Source: Octopus sinensis (lineage: Eukaryota). From it: 56,736 bases of DNA. The position numbers were made by a program, and so were the translations under genes. A model generated the notes under the pieces. The model was not told where the DNA came from, did no database searches, and worked only from the letters and a program-made list of their open reading frames with translations. Below are positions 12,759-24,214 of the stretch, one piece after another. The stretch is from positions 1-56,736 of the forward strand of contig NW_021833674.1 in assembly GCF_006345805.1 (NCBI RefSeq), given 5' to 3'. Numbering within the stretch: position 1 is the stretch's first letter; each line of letters begins with the position of its first letter.

Positions 12759-12862
12759 TTGCAAGATTCTTGATGTGAAATCGTGTGTTGAAACATATTG
12801 TTGTATTTAGGAATGGTCAATTTGCCAGTTTAGCCAATAAAAACACACGCGAAGCGCAAATT

Positions 12863-13336
12863 CATTTTATTCAGCTCTTTTGACGAAACGCTAGGTTATT
12901 ATATCGATCCACTATCGCGAACCGCTCAGTTATTTTATCGATCATGTTTGGCGAACTGCTAAGTTATTTTATCGATCTCCTTTGGCGAAAAGCTAACTTA
13001 TTTTATCGACCACGTTTGTCGAAACACTATGTTATTTTATCGATCTCCTTCGGCGGACCGCCATATCATTTTATCGATATACTTTGACGAACTTATAAGT
13101 TATTTTATCGATCACGTTTGGCGAACCGCCATGTTATTTTAACGATCTCGTTTGACGAACCGCTAAGTTCTTTTATCGATTTCCTTTGGCGAAAAGCTAA
13201 GTTATTTTATCGACTACGTTGTCTAACCGCTATGCTGTTTTATCGATCTCCTTTGGCGAACCGCTCAGTTATTTTCTGGATATCTTTTGGCGAACAGCTA
13301 GGATATTTTATCGAGCTCCATTGGCGAACCGCTTGG
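12863..13336 (+). repeat. 34-bp minisatellite, 14 units
   Basis: Consensus TTATTTTATCGATCTCCTTTGGCGAACCGCTAAG; units start at 12896, 12930, 12964, 12998 ... 13303. Confidence 0.95.
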
Positions 13337-13394
13337 CAACACAAAGTAATAACCACACCCTCACCCGCGCGTAGAGCGGGTCAACTTTAGCCAG
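13337..13394 (+). mobile_element. Helitron-like 3' terminus following the minisatellite
   Basis: Hairpin ACCCGC-GCGTAGA-GCGGGT (13363-13381) followed by CAACTTTAGCCAGT (degenerate CTAG). Confidence 0.55.
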
Positions 13395-13559
13395 TATTTT
13401 ATTATTTTCTTACAATGAATTTCTCTACTATTATCTATACTAGTTTCTGTATTTAGATATTCTAAGTAAATTTTAAAAATTATGTTATAAAATATCTAAA
13501 TACCTTTTTATAACTTTTATTGTAATGAAAAGGAGTATTACGATAGATGTCAATATATT

Positions 13560-13590
<31 letters not shown>

Positions 13591-13623
13591 CACACACACA
13601 TATTCTTTTATTCTTTCTTTCTT

Positions 13624-13835
13624 TATTCTTTTACTTGTTTCAGTCATTTGACTGCGGCCATGCTGGAGCACCGCCTCTAGTCGAGCAACTTGAACCCGGG
13701 ACTTATTCTTTGTAAGCCCAGTACTTATTCTATCGGTCACTTTTGCCGAACCGCTAAGTAACGGGGACATAAACACACCAGCATCGGTTGTCAAGCAATG
13801 CTAGAGGAACAAACACAGACACACAAACACACACA

Positions 13836-13873
<38 letters not shown>

Positions 13874-14021
13874 ACGGGCTTCTTTTCAGTTTCCGTCTAC
13901 CAAATCCACTCACAAGGCATTGGTCGGCCCGAGGCTATAGTAGAAGACACTTGCCCAGGGTGCCGCGCAGTGGGATTCAACCCGGAACCATGCGGTTGGT
14001 AAACAAGTTACTTACCACACA

Positions 14022-14025
<4 letters not shown>
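13624..14025 (-). mobile_element. SINE family B (internal TA/TG microsatellite)
   Basis: Reverse complement of TGGCTGTGTGGTAAG...GGTTCCGGGTT...CTGGGCAAGTGTCTT...(TA)n(TG)n...GCTTGACAACCGATGCTGG...GGTGCTCCAGCATGGCCGCAGTCAAATGACTGAAACAAGTAAAAG. Near-identical to 21238-21685, 33586-34018 and 52799-53196. Confidence 0.9.
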
Positions 14026-14083
<58 letters not shown>

Positions 14084-14406
14084 AATGTTAGCTGAGTTAG
14101 AGGTTAAAATAGGGCATATATATGTAAATATATTATGCTCATAAATTATAGCTAAAAACAAGGATAAGCATGAGTTTATCAAGAGTCAAAATTCACAGAA
14201 AGCAGAAGATGGAGAAATTATTATTTATTTATTCGATAGTATTGAATTAATAAATAATAATTGATGTAAGTCAATTGTTATTCATCAATCTTTCTCCATT
14301 TTCTGTTTTAAGACTTTTTCTATCCCTGAGCGTTATCCTAATACATCCGTTTGTTTTGTACACCACCTGGCTTCGTCTTCAGTTTTTTTCGTAAACTCTC
14401 CCTGTG

Positions 14407-14493
<87 letters not shown>

Positions 14494-14539
14494 TGTGTGT
14501 GTGTACTTGAGTGAGTGTGTGCATGTGTGTGTGTATTTG

Positions 14540-14750
14540 TGTGTGTGTGTGCATTTGAGTTTGGCAACTATTGTTGGATTGTTCGTGTTCCTGTACCTTA
14601 GTGATCAGTCGAAAATCGAGCGATAGAATAAATACCAGTTCTTAAAAGTAATAAGTGTTGTAGTCAATTTGTTAGACAAAAATCCTTGAAGGCGGGTGCC
14701 TAAGATTCGCTGCAATCCAATGAATGACAAAAAGTGAAAGAAATCTATCT
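14540..14750 (+). mobile_element. Degraded SINE family B 3' half
   Basis: GTACCTTAGTGATCAGTCGAAAATCGAGCGATAGAATAAATACC resembles family B GTAACTTAGCGGTTCGGCAAAAGAGACCGATAGAATAAGTAC. Confidence 0.6.
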
Positions 14751-14854
14751 AATAAAATGACTCTTGGTCTTTGTTCATCATTTGAGTTATTAGGCTAATG
14801 CGGTGCACAATACATAGTTACCTTATACTAAGGACTAAAAGAAATGATAAATGC

Positions 14855-15091
14855 ACCCTTTTAAAGCCTAGCCTGTCTCATGATCGCGGTTTCTATGGCG
14901 TATGTGTTCCCCAGCTGGACGGGACGCCAGTCCATCGCAGCGTTACTCATTTTTGCCAGCTGAGTGGACTGGAGCAACGTGAAATGAAGTGTTTTACTCA
15001 AGAACACAACGCGTCGCCCGATCCAGGAATCGAAACCACAATCTTACGATCATGATGCTGACACCCTAACCATTAAGCCACGCGCCTCCAC
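14855..15091 (-). mobile_element. SINE family C
   Basis: Reverse complement TGTGGAGGCGCGTGGCTTAATGGTTAGGG...GGTTTCGATTCC...TTCTTGAGTAAAACACTTCATTTCACGTTGCTCCAGTCCACTCAGCTGG. Confidence 0.85.
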
Positions 15092-15161
15092 ATACTAAAG
15101 ACAGCTACCACAATATTTTTCCTTCTTCAGTCTAGTAAGTAATATTTAAACTGACATTAAA

Positions 15162-15375
15162 GCGTTGAGATGGCGGAATCGTTAGCACGTCAAGCAAAAT
15201 ACCCAGCAACATTTTCTCCGTCTTTAGCTGTGAGTTCAAATTTCTCGGGGGTGGACTTGACCTTTCATCATTTCAGGTTCGATGAAATAATTACCCTTTG
15301 AGCATAGGGGTCAATGTAATCGGCTCACTCTATCCGCCAAAAGTTTTCTCCTTGTGTCAAAATTTGAAACCAATA
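15162..15375 (+). mobile_element. Degraded SINE family A (alternative tail)
   Basis: TGGCGGAATCGTTAGCACG...GAGTTCAAATT...CCTTTCATC...CCTTGTGTCAAAATTTGAAACCAATA. Confidence 0.75.
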
Positions 15376-15793
15376 TCTAAGCCTACACCTGGAAACTTTT
15401 TCCAGCTGCTAAGTTTAATGTACATCACAGATTCGCCTTGAGTCCGTAAACATCTTTTTTGTTCCTTGAACTTTCATTACATGCATATTTAAAATTCATT
15501 TTGAATTGATTAAAAACAAATGACGATGAAAGACAGGAAATATCTCCTGAATCTATGCACTACCATGAAATTACGAAAAGGATCTCTACTATATCAAAAG
15601 TCATGAAATTTGCAAAGAAATGCTATCATCAGGTACATACATAATTGATGTCTTATGCATTACGTTAGGTTTTCACCAACTATACATTAAATAACCATAA
15701 GTTCTCTCGCTATTTTCCATAAGAAACTAAGACAATAAACCCCGCACCATATAATTATAGAATATTCCTGAAATATTAATATTATTTTAAGAT

Positions 15794-16007
15794 AGCGCTA
15801 GACTGGACATATCGCAATGTTCAAGTACAAGTGGACACAAGTGGTTACCGGGTGGTATCCAAGAGAGCGGAAGGGGCTACTTGGAAAGCCTCCCAGACGA
15901 TAGGAAGACGATTTAGTCAAGCAATTTAGGTCAAGACATAATTGGAAGCGTATTGTGATCAGCGGTGTATAACAGCATATGATGGTCTGGTCGATACTGT
16001 GATACTA
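15794..16007 (+). mobile_element. RTE-type LINE 3' fragment
   Basis: Reads R*TGHIA...KWTQVVTGWYPRERKGLLGKPPRR*EDDL, matching the RTE C-terminus W.GHIAR...W.PR..KR..GRP..RW.DD. Confidence 0.7.
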
Positions 16008-16794
16008 AACTATTGATAAATATACATTATCACCAAGAGTACTTTAAAATGTCACTTAACAGTCATTGATTTTATTTTGGGTGGATAGACATGAAAAATA
16101 AACTGAAGATTAAGGCTATGTATCTCATTAGTCAGTGTAAATTTTAGATTGCCCAACACCTGTTTCTGGAAAGATATTTATAAAATATATAAATAACAAA
16201 TAGCCGATGGCGTAAATATTGCAGTATCCTACGCATGATTCCGCATATGCAATTTATATTTTCTGTTTCTATCATGTTATTCCGATGTTAATCCGATTCT
16301 TTAATCAGGAAGGAAAAAATGCTGAATTTTAATCTAATTAACAGTTCATGTTTTTCAATGCACCCACTCATCTAATATTTGCTCTCAGTAATGAGACTGA
16401 AAATACTTTTATTTTATTATATTCAAAACCATTTGTAAAAAAAAAAAAAATTGTTTTATTTTGTCTATTAATTTATCTCCAACTGTTACTAAGAGATTTG
16501 TCATGTCTGCATTCTAAGTATTTATTATTTTATATGAGTTTTTTTTTTTACCTTTTCGATAACTACAGCCAATCTATCAAACAGGTTTCTAATTTTGGAT
16601 AACTTTTTTTCTTCGTCTCACTAGTTTATCAACTAATAGAACAGTTTTAGCTTGAAAAGTTCTGATTAATTTTTATTCGGCATTAACTCGACTGTCTTCT
16701 TGTATCTTCTGTTTCATTAGCTACTGATTATTTTTTTCATTTTGTATCCTTCTACGTCTTTGTCATTGGACTGCGGTCATGCTGGGGCACTGCC

Positions 16795-17354
16795 TCCAAG
16801 AGTTTAGTCGAATAAATCGACGGCAATGATTTAGAACAAGCAAGAGTTAAACGCGTTCAGAAGACACAAAAATATCTTGGTAAACTTGCAGCTTATATTC
16901 ACTTAACCAGGTTAAAGAATTAATCAGCTAATAATGTATATAATAATGTAGAAGTGTTATGCGTGAATTCTTCCTATTTTATTTGGATAGTAGAGAGTAA
17001 TTTTATACTAATTCTCTTTGGGTCACCTTTTCTATAGATTCTTTAATTGGACGAGCAGCACCTTTTCTTCTTTCCAAGAGTTTAGTCAAATAAATCGACG
17101 GCAATGATTTAGAATAAGCAAAGAGTTAAACGGGTTGAGAAGACACAAAAATATCTTGGTAAACTTGCAGCTTATATTCACTTAACCAGGTTAAAGAATT
17201 AATCAGCTAATAATGTATATAATAATGTAGAAGTGTTATGCGTGAATTCTTCCTATTTTATTTGGATAGTAGAGAGTAATTTTATACTAATTCTCTTTGG
17301 GTCACCTTTTCTATAGACTCTTTAATTGGACAAGCAGCAACTTTCCTTCTTTCT
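16795..17354 (+). repeat. 278-bp tandem duplication (2 copies)
   Basis: TCCAAGAGTTTAGTC...GCAGCA at 16795 and 17073; the copies differ by a handful of substitutions. Confidence 0.95.
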
Positions 17355-18216
17355 TTTAGAAAATAGAATATTTATTAGAATAACAGTTAAACCTTATGAG
17401 TTATTCTTTTCTTGTGGTATTAACACATATGATTACAGATTCTTAGGGGATTAAACGTACATCTATTGACCGCGAGTTTTATATAGAGATTGGTTACCAT
17501 ACTTTCCTATTCTCTTGTCATCAATGAAAGCTGCTCACTTTCAGAAATAATCCTCTAAAGTCATCTTGCGACTTTTCGATTTTATTCCTAACTCCATGTT
17601 TTATAGAAATGCAACAAAGAATAAAATATGATGACAGTTTATATAACGGTTCGTTTCAACAAATATATTTCTTGCAGATGCAGACGATAGCCACATGGAT
17701 AATAACTGTAAATAGAAACTCAATTTGCTCCACTTGAATTCTTTATCCATTTCTTGATTATTCTCTCGCATTATACTCTCGGATAATTACACAAGTAGAC
17801 AAACCACATTTTATTTGTTCAATGGAAAAGTGAAATGTCATCTGCATTTTTCCATATTATAATTTGATTTTTGAAGTAGTTTAGTTTTCTTACAACCGAG
17901 ACATAATTCTAGATTTTCCATATTGCCTCGTTTTTGAAGAATTCATAAGAATTTTACGGCTGCTTTGAATTTCTTTTGTCTTCTTTTGCACGTGCCACTA
18001 CAATTCTCAGAACATTAAACACATTATAGTTTAATTTTCTTCTCTACATAGGGTACCACTCTATTAGAATTAATTCTAACTACCAAGGGATCTAATCTTT
18101 TCCCTGCGAGACTGTAAATTTTACTCTAGCTTTACAGTTGGGAAAAAACACAGCAATATATAAAATCTGAACTCATCTGCTAACATGTCAGTGGTTCTAG
18201 TATTCGATTCTATTCG

Positions 18217-18644
18217 TTTCCACACTAGGCACAAGGCACGAAATTTTGGGAGAGGGTAGTCAGCCGATTAGACTGACGCCAGTACGCAACTGGTACTTAG
18301 TTTATCGACTCCGAAAGGATGAAGAGCAAAGTCAACCTCGACGAAATTTGAACTCAGAAGTAAAGATAGACGTAATACCGGTAAGCATTTTGCCCGGGGT
18401 GCTAACGTTTCTTATTTCTTTACTGCCCATAAGAGGCTACACACAGAGTGGATAAACAAGGACAGACAAAAGGATTAAGTCGATTATATCAACCCCAGTG
18501 CGTAAGTGGTAGTTATTTAATCGATCCCGAAAAGGATAAAAGGTAAAGTCGACCTCGGCGGAATTTGAACTCAGAACGTAGCAGCAGACGAAATACTGCT
18601 AAGCATTTCGCCCGGCATGCTAACCTTTCTGCCTGCTCGCCGCC
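18217..18644 (-). mobile_element. SINE family A dimer
   Basis: Two units with the head at 18644; junction GCTAACGTTT|CTTATTTCTTT (~18410); terminal unit has the alternative tail. Confidence 0.88.
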
Positions 18645-18717
18645 TTTAGTACTTCCAGTATTGACCCAATAAGTTGTCTGTGACAGAAAACGACACCAAT
18701 ATTCTTCTTATATATAA

Positions 18718-18907
18718 GGTGGTGACCTGGCAGAATCGTTAGTACGCCGGGCGAAATGCTTAGCAGCATTTCAGCCGTCTTTTCATTCTTAGTTAAAATT
18801 CAGGCCAGAACGACTTTGCTTTCAATTTTTCGGGAACGATAAATCAAATACCAGCTGAGCACTGGGGCCTGAAACCTCTGGCCTTGGACAAACATTTGAA
18901 ATCAATA
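18718..18907 (+). mobile_element. Degraded SINE family A
   Basis: GGTGGTGACCTGGCAGAATCGTTAGTACGCCGGGCGAAATGCTTAGC...TTTGAAATCAATA. Confidence 0.8.
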
Positions 18908-19578
18908 CTATTATTCTTGTATTGAACACAGCTCTGACAATTTAATTGCCCTCAGTCCCTAATTGTTCCATCAAATCCGATAGTTTTACTCTGTAGAATG
19001 TATTATATGAAAATAAACTGAGTGGTAAATGCTAAGTTGGTTTCATGTTATATTTCTTCTTGCTTGCAAATTTTCTAAGTGTGAGGATTATTGTTTGTTT
19101 TATCATTAGACAATTTCTAAAATATATAAATGAACATTTTGTGACGTGTAGCTTCCTCTTGTTGACCTGAAATTCCCTTTTATTTTAAAAGTTATCGAGA
19201 TGTTCAGTTTTGTCATTTTAACTTTGATGATCTCTAAATATTTGAACCGCTTTTGATTCTCTCCCGAAGTGTATTATGAAGACTATTAAAGAGAGAATAT
19301 AATACACACCAAATGTCAGTGTAATGTGCACTTTGCACCCACGAGGTTTGACGTGAAGTCCTGCTGCTCAGTACTTTGAGCAGGAGCCTGTAGCAGTTGA
19401 ATGCAGATCTTATTTTGGAACCAGACATAGAGGATGGTTGCTATGAATCGGCGTCATCGTCAAGTACACATCATATTGAAAGAATTCCAGTTAACACTCG
19501 ATAAGACAAGATATAACAAAATATACCAAAAACATCTTTAAATCAACATTTTTATAGACTTGGTAATGTTCATATTAA

Positions 19579-20139
19579 GGCGTTGAGCTGGCAGAAACGT
19601 TAGCACGCTGGTCGAAATGCGTAGCCGTATTTCGTCTGTCGTTATGTTCTGAGTTCAAATTCCGCGGAGGTCAACTTTGCCTTTCATCCTTTCGGGGTCG
19701 ATAAATTAAGTACCAGTTACGCACTGGGGTCAATATAATCGACTCAATCCGTTTGTCTGTCCTTGTTTGTCCTCTCTGTGTTTAGCCCCTTGTGGGTAGT
19801 AAAGAAACAGGTATTTCGTCTGCCGCTACGTTCTGAGTTCAAATTCCGCCGAGATCGACTTTGCCGTTCCTCCTTTCGGGGTCGATTAAATAAGTACCAG
19901 TAACGCACTTAATCCGTTCGTCTGTCCTTGTTTGTCCCCTCTATGTTTATCCCCTTGTGGGTAGTAAAGAAATGGGTATTTCGTCTGCCGTTACATTCTG
20001 AGTTCAAATTCCGCTGAAGTCGAGTTTGCCTTTCCTCCTTTCGGGGTCGATAAATTAAGTACCAGTTACGCACTTAATCCGTTTGTCTGTTCTTGTTTGT
20101 CCCCTCTGTGTTTATCCCCTTGTCGGTAGTAAAGAAATA
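19579..20139 (+). mobile_element. SINE family A trimer with 15-bp TSD
   Basis: Units 19579-19810, 19811-19976 and 19977-20139, flanked by GGTAATGTTCATATT (19562-19576) and GGTAATGCTCATATT (20140-20154). Confidence 0.92.
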
Positions 20140-20825
20140 GGTAATGCTCATATTTCCTATAATGATTTTGGGATGAGTCTCTCAAACACCAATATTCAAA
20201 CTTTTCCCTTCTTCATTTTTGCATTGTCGTAGAAATTTTAAATGCGTTTGCAAACGTGAGTGAATCACGGTTCATCTCAGTAAACATGTTTTACTAAAAA
20301 GATACACAAGACATTCAGTCTGTTTTCGCAGTCGGTTGTTGTTTTTCTTTTATTCCTGAAAGAATATTCCGTCACAAATAACAAAATCTACGCGAAAGCA
20401 TTAAACTGCTTTTGTAAGCTTCTTCGCGTAATCTGCAAAAAAGATATAGGATTCTATAAAAGATTTTAATTCATATCTAGATAGAATAAAGTGTCAAAGA
20501 GTAACATGGAAACGTTACTTACTGAAAGCAGTGGAACGGCCTGTCGGATAGAATGTCTCGCGATATTTGTTCCGATACACTGCGCTTTCAGTTCAAAATC
20601 TACCGAGGTCAAGTTTACTATTTATCCAGTTGGGTCCGAAAAAAAAGAATTAGCAATGGAGGGTAGTGGATTGGGGGAGCTGAAAAAACGTTGAAGTAGT
20701 GGTTTCGCCGTAACAGTTCAGGCTTCTGGTGTTCTGAGTTCAATTCCTGCCATGGAGTACTAGACGTAATTTGTCACCCAGTTAAACACAACAACGTGAC
20801 CCCTTGGATGTCTTCGGCAGATTCC

Positions 20826-21070
20826 ATTATTTATATTATTTACATTTGATGGATATTTGTCCTCACTTGTTTGTTGTCAACACAACGTTTCGGCGGATAT
20901 ACCCTCCAGCCTTCTTCAGGTGTCTTGGGGAAATTAGGAATGAGAACCCAGGTTCGAAATTTTCCCCAAGACACTTCAAGAAGGCTGGAGGGTATATCAG
21001 CCGGAACGTTGTGTTAACAACAAACAAGATGAGGACAAATATCCGTCGAATGTAAATAATGTAAATAATG
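20826..21070. mobile_element. Fold-back (inverted) Penelope-like pLTR pair
   Basis: ~110 bp arms are reverse complements around a ~22 bp spacer (20936-20957); each arm carries a hammerhead motif. Confidence 0.8.
20879..20924 (-). ncRNA. Minimal type I hammerhead ribozyme motif
   Basis: Minus strand GACAC-CTGAAGA-AGGCTGGAGGGTATATCCGCC-GAAAC-GTT-GTGTT: intact CUGANGA and GAAA, stem I GACAC/GTGTT, palindromic AACGTT in place of stem III. The plus-arm copy (20970-21016) has a mutated core (TTCAAGA, GGAAC). Confidence 0.7.
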
Positions 21071-21237
21071 TAAATAATGCACATAATTCCTCATCTCTTA
21101 AATATAGAACTAGATTCCATTCTGTTGCAAGCATTTGGGACGGGTCTATTGTTTGATGATACCTTCCCTCCCACCACCCACTAAGTTCCTGTAAAAAGTC
21201 ACGTGCTCTGCCTTTCCTATTTTTTTATTCTTTTACT

Positions 21238-21434
21238 CCTTTACTTGTTTCAGTTATTTGACTGTGGCCATGCTGGAGCACCGCCTTGAGTCGAGCAAAT
21301 CGACACCAGAACTTATCCTTTGTAAGCCTACTTATCCTATCGGTCTATTTTGCCGAACCGCTAAGTTACGGGGTACATAAACACACCAGCATCGGTTGTC
21401 AAGCGATGTTGGAGGGACAAACACAGATACACAA

Positions 21435-21522
<88 letters not shown>

Positions 21523-21684
21523 CGATGGGCTTCTTTTCAGTTTCCGTCTACCAAATCCACTCACAAGTCTTTGGTCGGCCCGAGGCTATAGTAGAAGACA
21601 CTTGGCCAAAGTGCCACGCAGTCAGACTGAACCCGGAACCATGTGATTGGTAAGCAAGCTACTTACCACACAGCCACTCCTGTG

Positions 21685-21685
<1 letters not shown>
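21238..21685 (-). mobile_element. SINE family B
   Basis: Full-length match to the other family B copies, including the internal (CA)n(TA)n. Confidence 0.9.
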
Positions 21686-21758
<73 letters not shown>

Positions 21759-21760
21759 TG

Positions 21761-21791
<31 letters not shown>

Positions 21792-22440
21792 TTTTATGCA
21801 GACACATAAGTATAGCACTCAGAAAGAAAAAAACAAACATTTATGAAACATAATTTACGCATACATTTACGGATCTCTGTAGATAAGCTAATAAAAATAG
21901 ATGAAAATATAGATAATTTACCGGTTTCTAATAACAACCGTTTCTGATAATAAGCGTAGCTTGAGACGTCGTTTTTCTACGATAATATTAGCTGAAGCCC
22001 CAGGCTATATACAAACATACATTCGAAATGTGAACAAAGAACATCCATTGTTCATGTGTGTGTGGGCATGGAAGTGATTCCGTTTCCGTGTCATAATGTA
22101 TAAATTTATAAATATTCATGTAATTTAGGAAAACATTTCCATTACGGTTCTTTTAAAAACATTTTGTCTAATGTGTTTTTTTTCCTTCATATTTGCCTCT
22201 AATTTGCTTCTAATTTTTACGAACCCGCACATACGAACACACACATGCATATGCATGTATTTATATATGTATATATAATTCTGACTACTCACACATACAC
22301 AAACATACACACACACTTAAATTCACTAATCTACTATCTCTTTCTTTTTACCTATTTATCTATCTATCTACCTCTCTATCTGTCTGTGTATCTGTCTATC
22401 AGCATGTATCTATGTATTGATCCATCTGTTCAATCCGACT

Positions 22441-22494
<54 letters not shown>

Positions 22495-22559
22495 TATTGT
22501 GAGTGGACTTGGTATACGGAAACTGAATTAAAACCGTCGTTTATGCATATACATATATA

Positions 22560-22589
22560 TAACCCTAACCCTAACCCTAACCCTAACCC
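22560..22589. repeat. Interstitial telomeric repeat (TAACCC)5
   Basis: Five perfect TAACCC units (TTAGGG on the minus strand). Confidence 0.9.
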
Positions 22590-22590
22590 T

Positions 22591-22906
22591 ACCATCTCAA
22601 AGCAACACTGAAAGCAACTTGCATTGAGCCTAAATCGTTTGAAACACAAGCTTGAGCCTGTGCCAAGTGGCTGTGTTCTATAACGATTGGAACCCAAAAC
22701 TTCGAAGTCACTAGGAAGAAATCAAAAGGAAGAAATCAAGCGACAAGAGAGAAAGCTCGATGAAATCAACCTCATAATCCATCAAAATTACCATGAAATT
22801 AATGCCATTGACTCTTCCCTGCAAGAATTAGTCTACTCAGTTACCAAAGTCATTACCTTAAAGCAAGCGTTCAACCAAGAAGAAACTAAATTTCCGAACA
22901 GGACGA
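22591..22906 (+). mobile_element. RTE-type LINE 3' fragment
   Basis: HLKATLKATCIEPKSFETQA*ACAKWLCSITIGTQNFEVTR../EEIKRQERK.../CH*LFPARISLLSYQSH matches the RTE C-terminus (LK..LK...I....WE..A..R..W...I..G...FE; C.R.F.ARIGL.SH.R.H). Confidence 0.7.
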
Positions 22907-22988
22907 CATTTATATATGCATGTATATACGGGCATATATGTAATTCTGCATATCATAAATTATGTATATATATATATATATATATATA

Positions 22989-23184
22989 TGAGGTATACTA
23001 GCCATCTCAATATGGCTAACCAATAAGGGTGGGTGTTACTGTAGCTTATAGCCCCATGAGAACATCGTCTCCAGCTGGCTATAGGCACATTTTCTGTGCT
23101 CTTATGGTATTTAGGCACAGAAGAAATACCATAAGGGCACAGAAAGTGCGCTTAAAGCCAGCTGGAGACGGCTAGTATACCTCA
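22989..23184. repeat. Fold-back module adjacent to (TA)n
   Basis: Outer arms TGAGGTATACTAGCC / GGCTAGTATACCTCA and inner arms 23066-23113 / 23124-23170. The right arm lacks ~60 bp present in the left. Confidence 0.88.
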
Positions 23185-23266
23185 CATTGTCATGCAGTTA
23201 CTGTTTACATCTCGTTCAGAGATTTATTATTGTGTATACATATATATATATATACAATATATATAT

Positions 23267-23319
<53 letters not shown>

Positions 23320-23321
<2 letters not shown>

Positions 23322-23760
23322 TGGCAGGGGTTACTGCTAGGGAGTCGGCCGTATGCTAGAAATAGACCATCAACGATCAAACTACAAGGAAATTCTCTAG
23401 AGGAAAAATACACCGAACACCAGAACCAACTTTGGCGGGCATGACAGATGAAAAATTATATAAAAAACTAAATTAAATGCATACCTCGGTTTCAGCCTTA
23501 ACAAAAGAATTATTTACGTAACTCAAATGTCCGTGCCTCTTCAGTGCATCCGTTCATTGTGATGTAAATGAAAAGCTAACCCCAGCTTTTGTGCCAGTAC
23601 AGACACGTGTGTAGCTTTACCGATTACACCAGTGATAAAATTTCAAATGTCTTGGTTCTGGCGCGCTAATATATTTCTGAGGCGAAGGGCTGGCCGTATG
23701 CTAGAAATAGACCATCAACGAGCCGTATACTACTCATTAATTTATCTCCCTCATTATTAA
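23320..23760 (-). mobile_element. TA-embedded Penelope-like module with a direct repeat and hammerhead
   Basis: GGCCGTATGCTAGAAATAGACCATCAACGA occurs twice (~23347 and ~23692) around a hammerhead motif; bounded by (TA)n. Confidence 0.6.
23477..23549 (-). ncRNA. Type I hammerhead ribozyme motif
   Basis: Minus strand ATGCA-CTGAAGA-GGC(~40 nt)GCT-GAAAC-CGAG-GTA-TGCAT: intact core, 5-bp stem I, ACC/GGT stem III, GUA cleavage triplet. Confidence 0.65.
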
Positions 23761-23793
23761 ATATATATATATATATAATATATAACAAATATA

Positions 23794-23857
<64 letters not shown>

Positions 23858-23914
23858 TATATACAATATATATATAATATATACAAAAATATATATTTTA
23901 TAATTATAAACATA

Positions 23915-24164
23915 ATTATAATTCGGGTTCAGCTAATTGCCTCACCACATACCGAAGAAATAGGAGTTAAATTCCTTTTCTGCTACTATAAGAATCTCCA
24001 TGACGGTAATCATACTTTTTTGCGAAATCAAAGAGAAAAACAATGAATCAACACGATCAACCTATAAAGGCTATTTTAACGTACCCGATCTACTTAATAA
24101 ATTGATTGATTAATTAATTAATTAATTAATTAATAAATTTTACCCTTTTATTATTAATCTAAAA

Positions 24165-24214
<50 letters not shown>

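Noticed and set aside
12863-13336. CRISPR-like periodicity
   Set aside because: Units are contiguous 34-mers with no unique spacers and no cas genes; it is a minisatellite.
17360-19500. Complex AT-rich sequence that might be a decayed gene or LINE
   Set aside because: No sustained frame or recognisable motif found by eye on either strand.
23355-23366. GCTAGAAATAG identical to part of the Cas9 sgRNA scaffold
   Set aside because: An 11-mer inside a native repeat motif that recurs in variant forms; the rest of the scaffold is absent.
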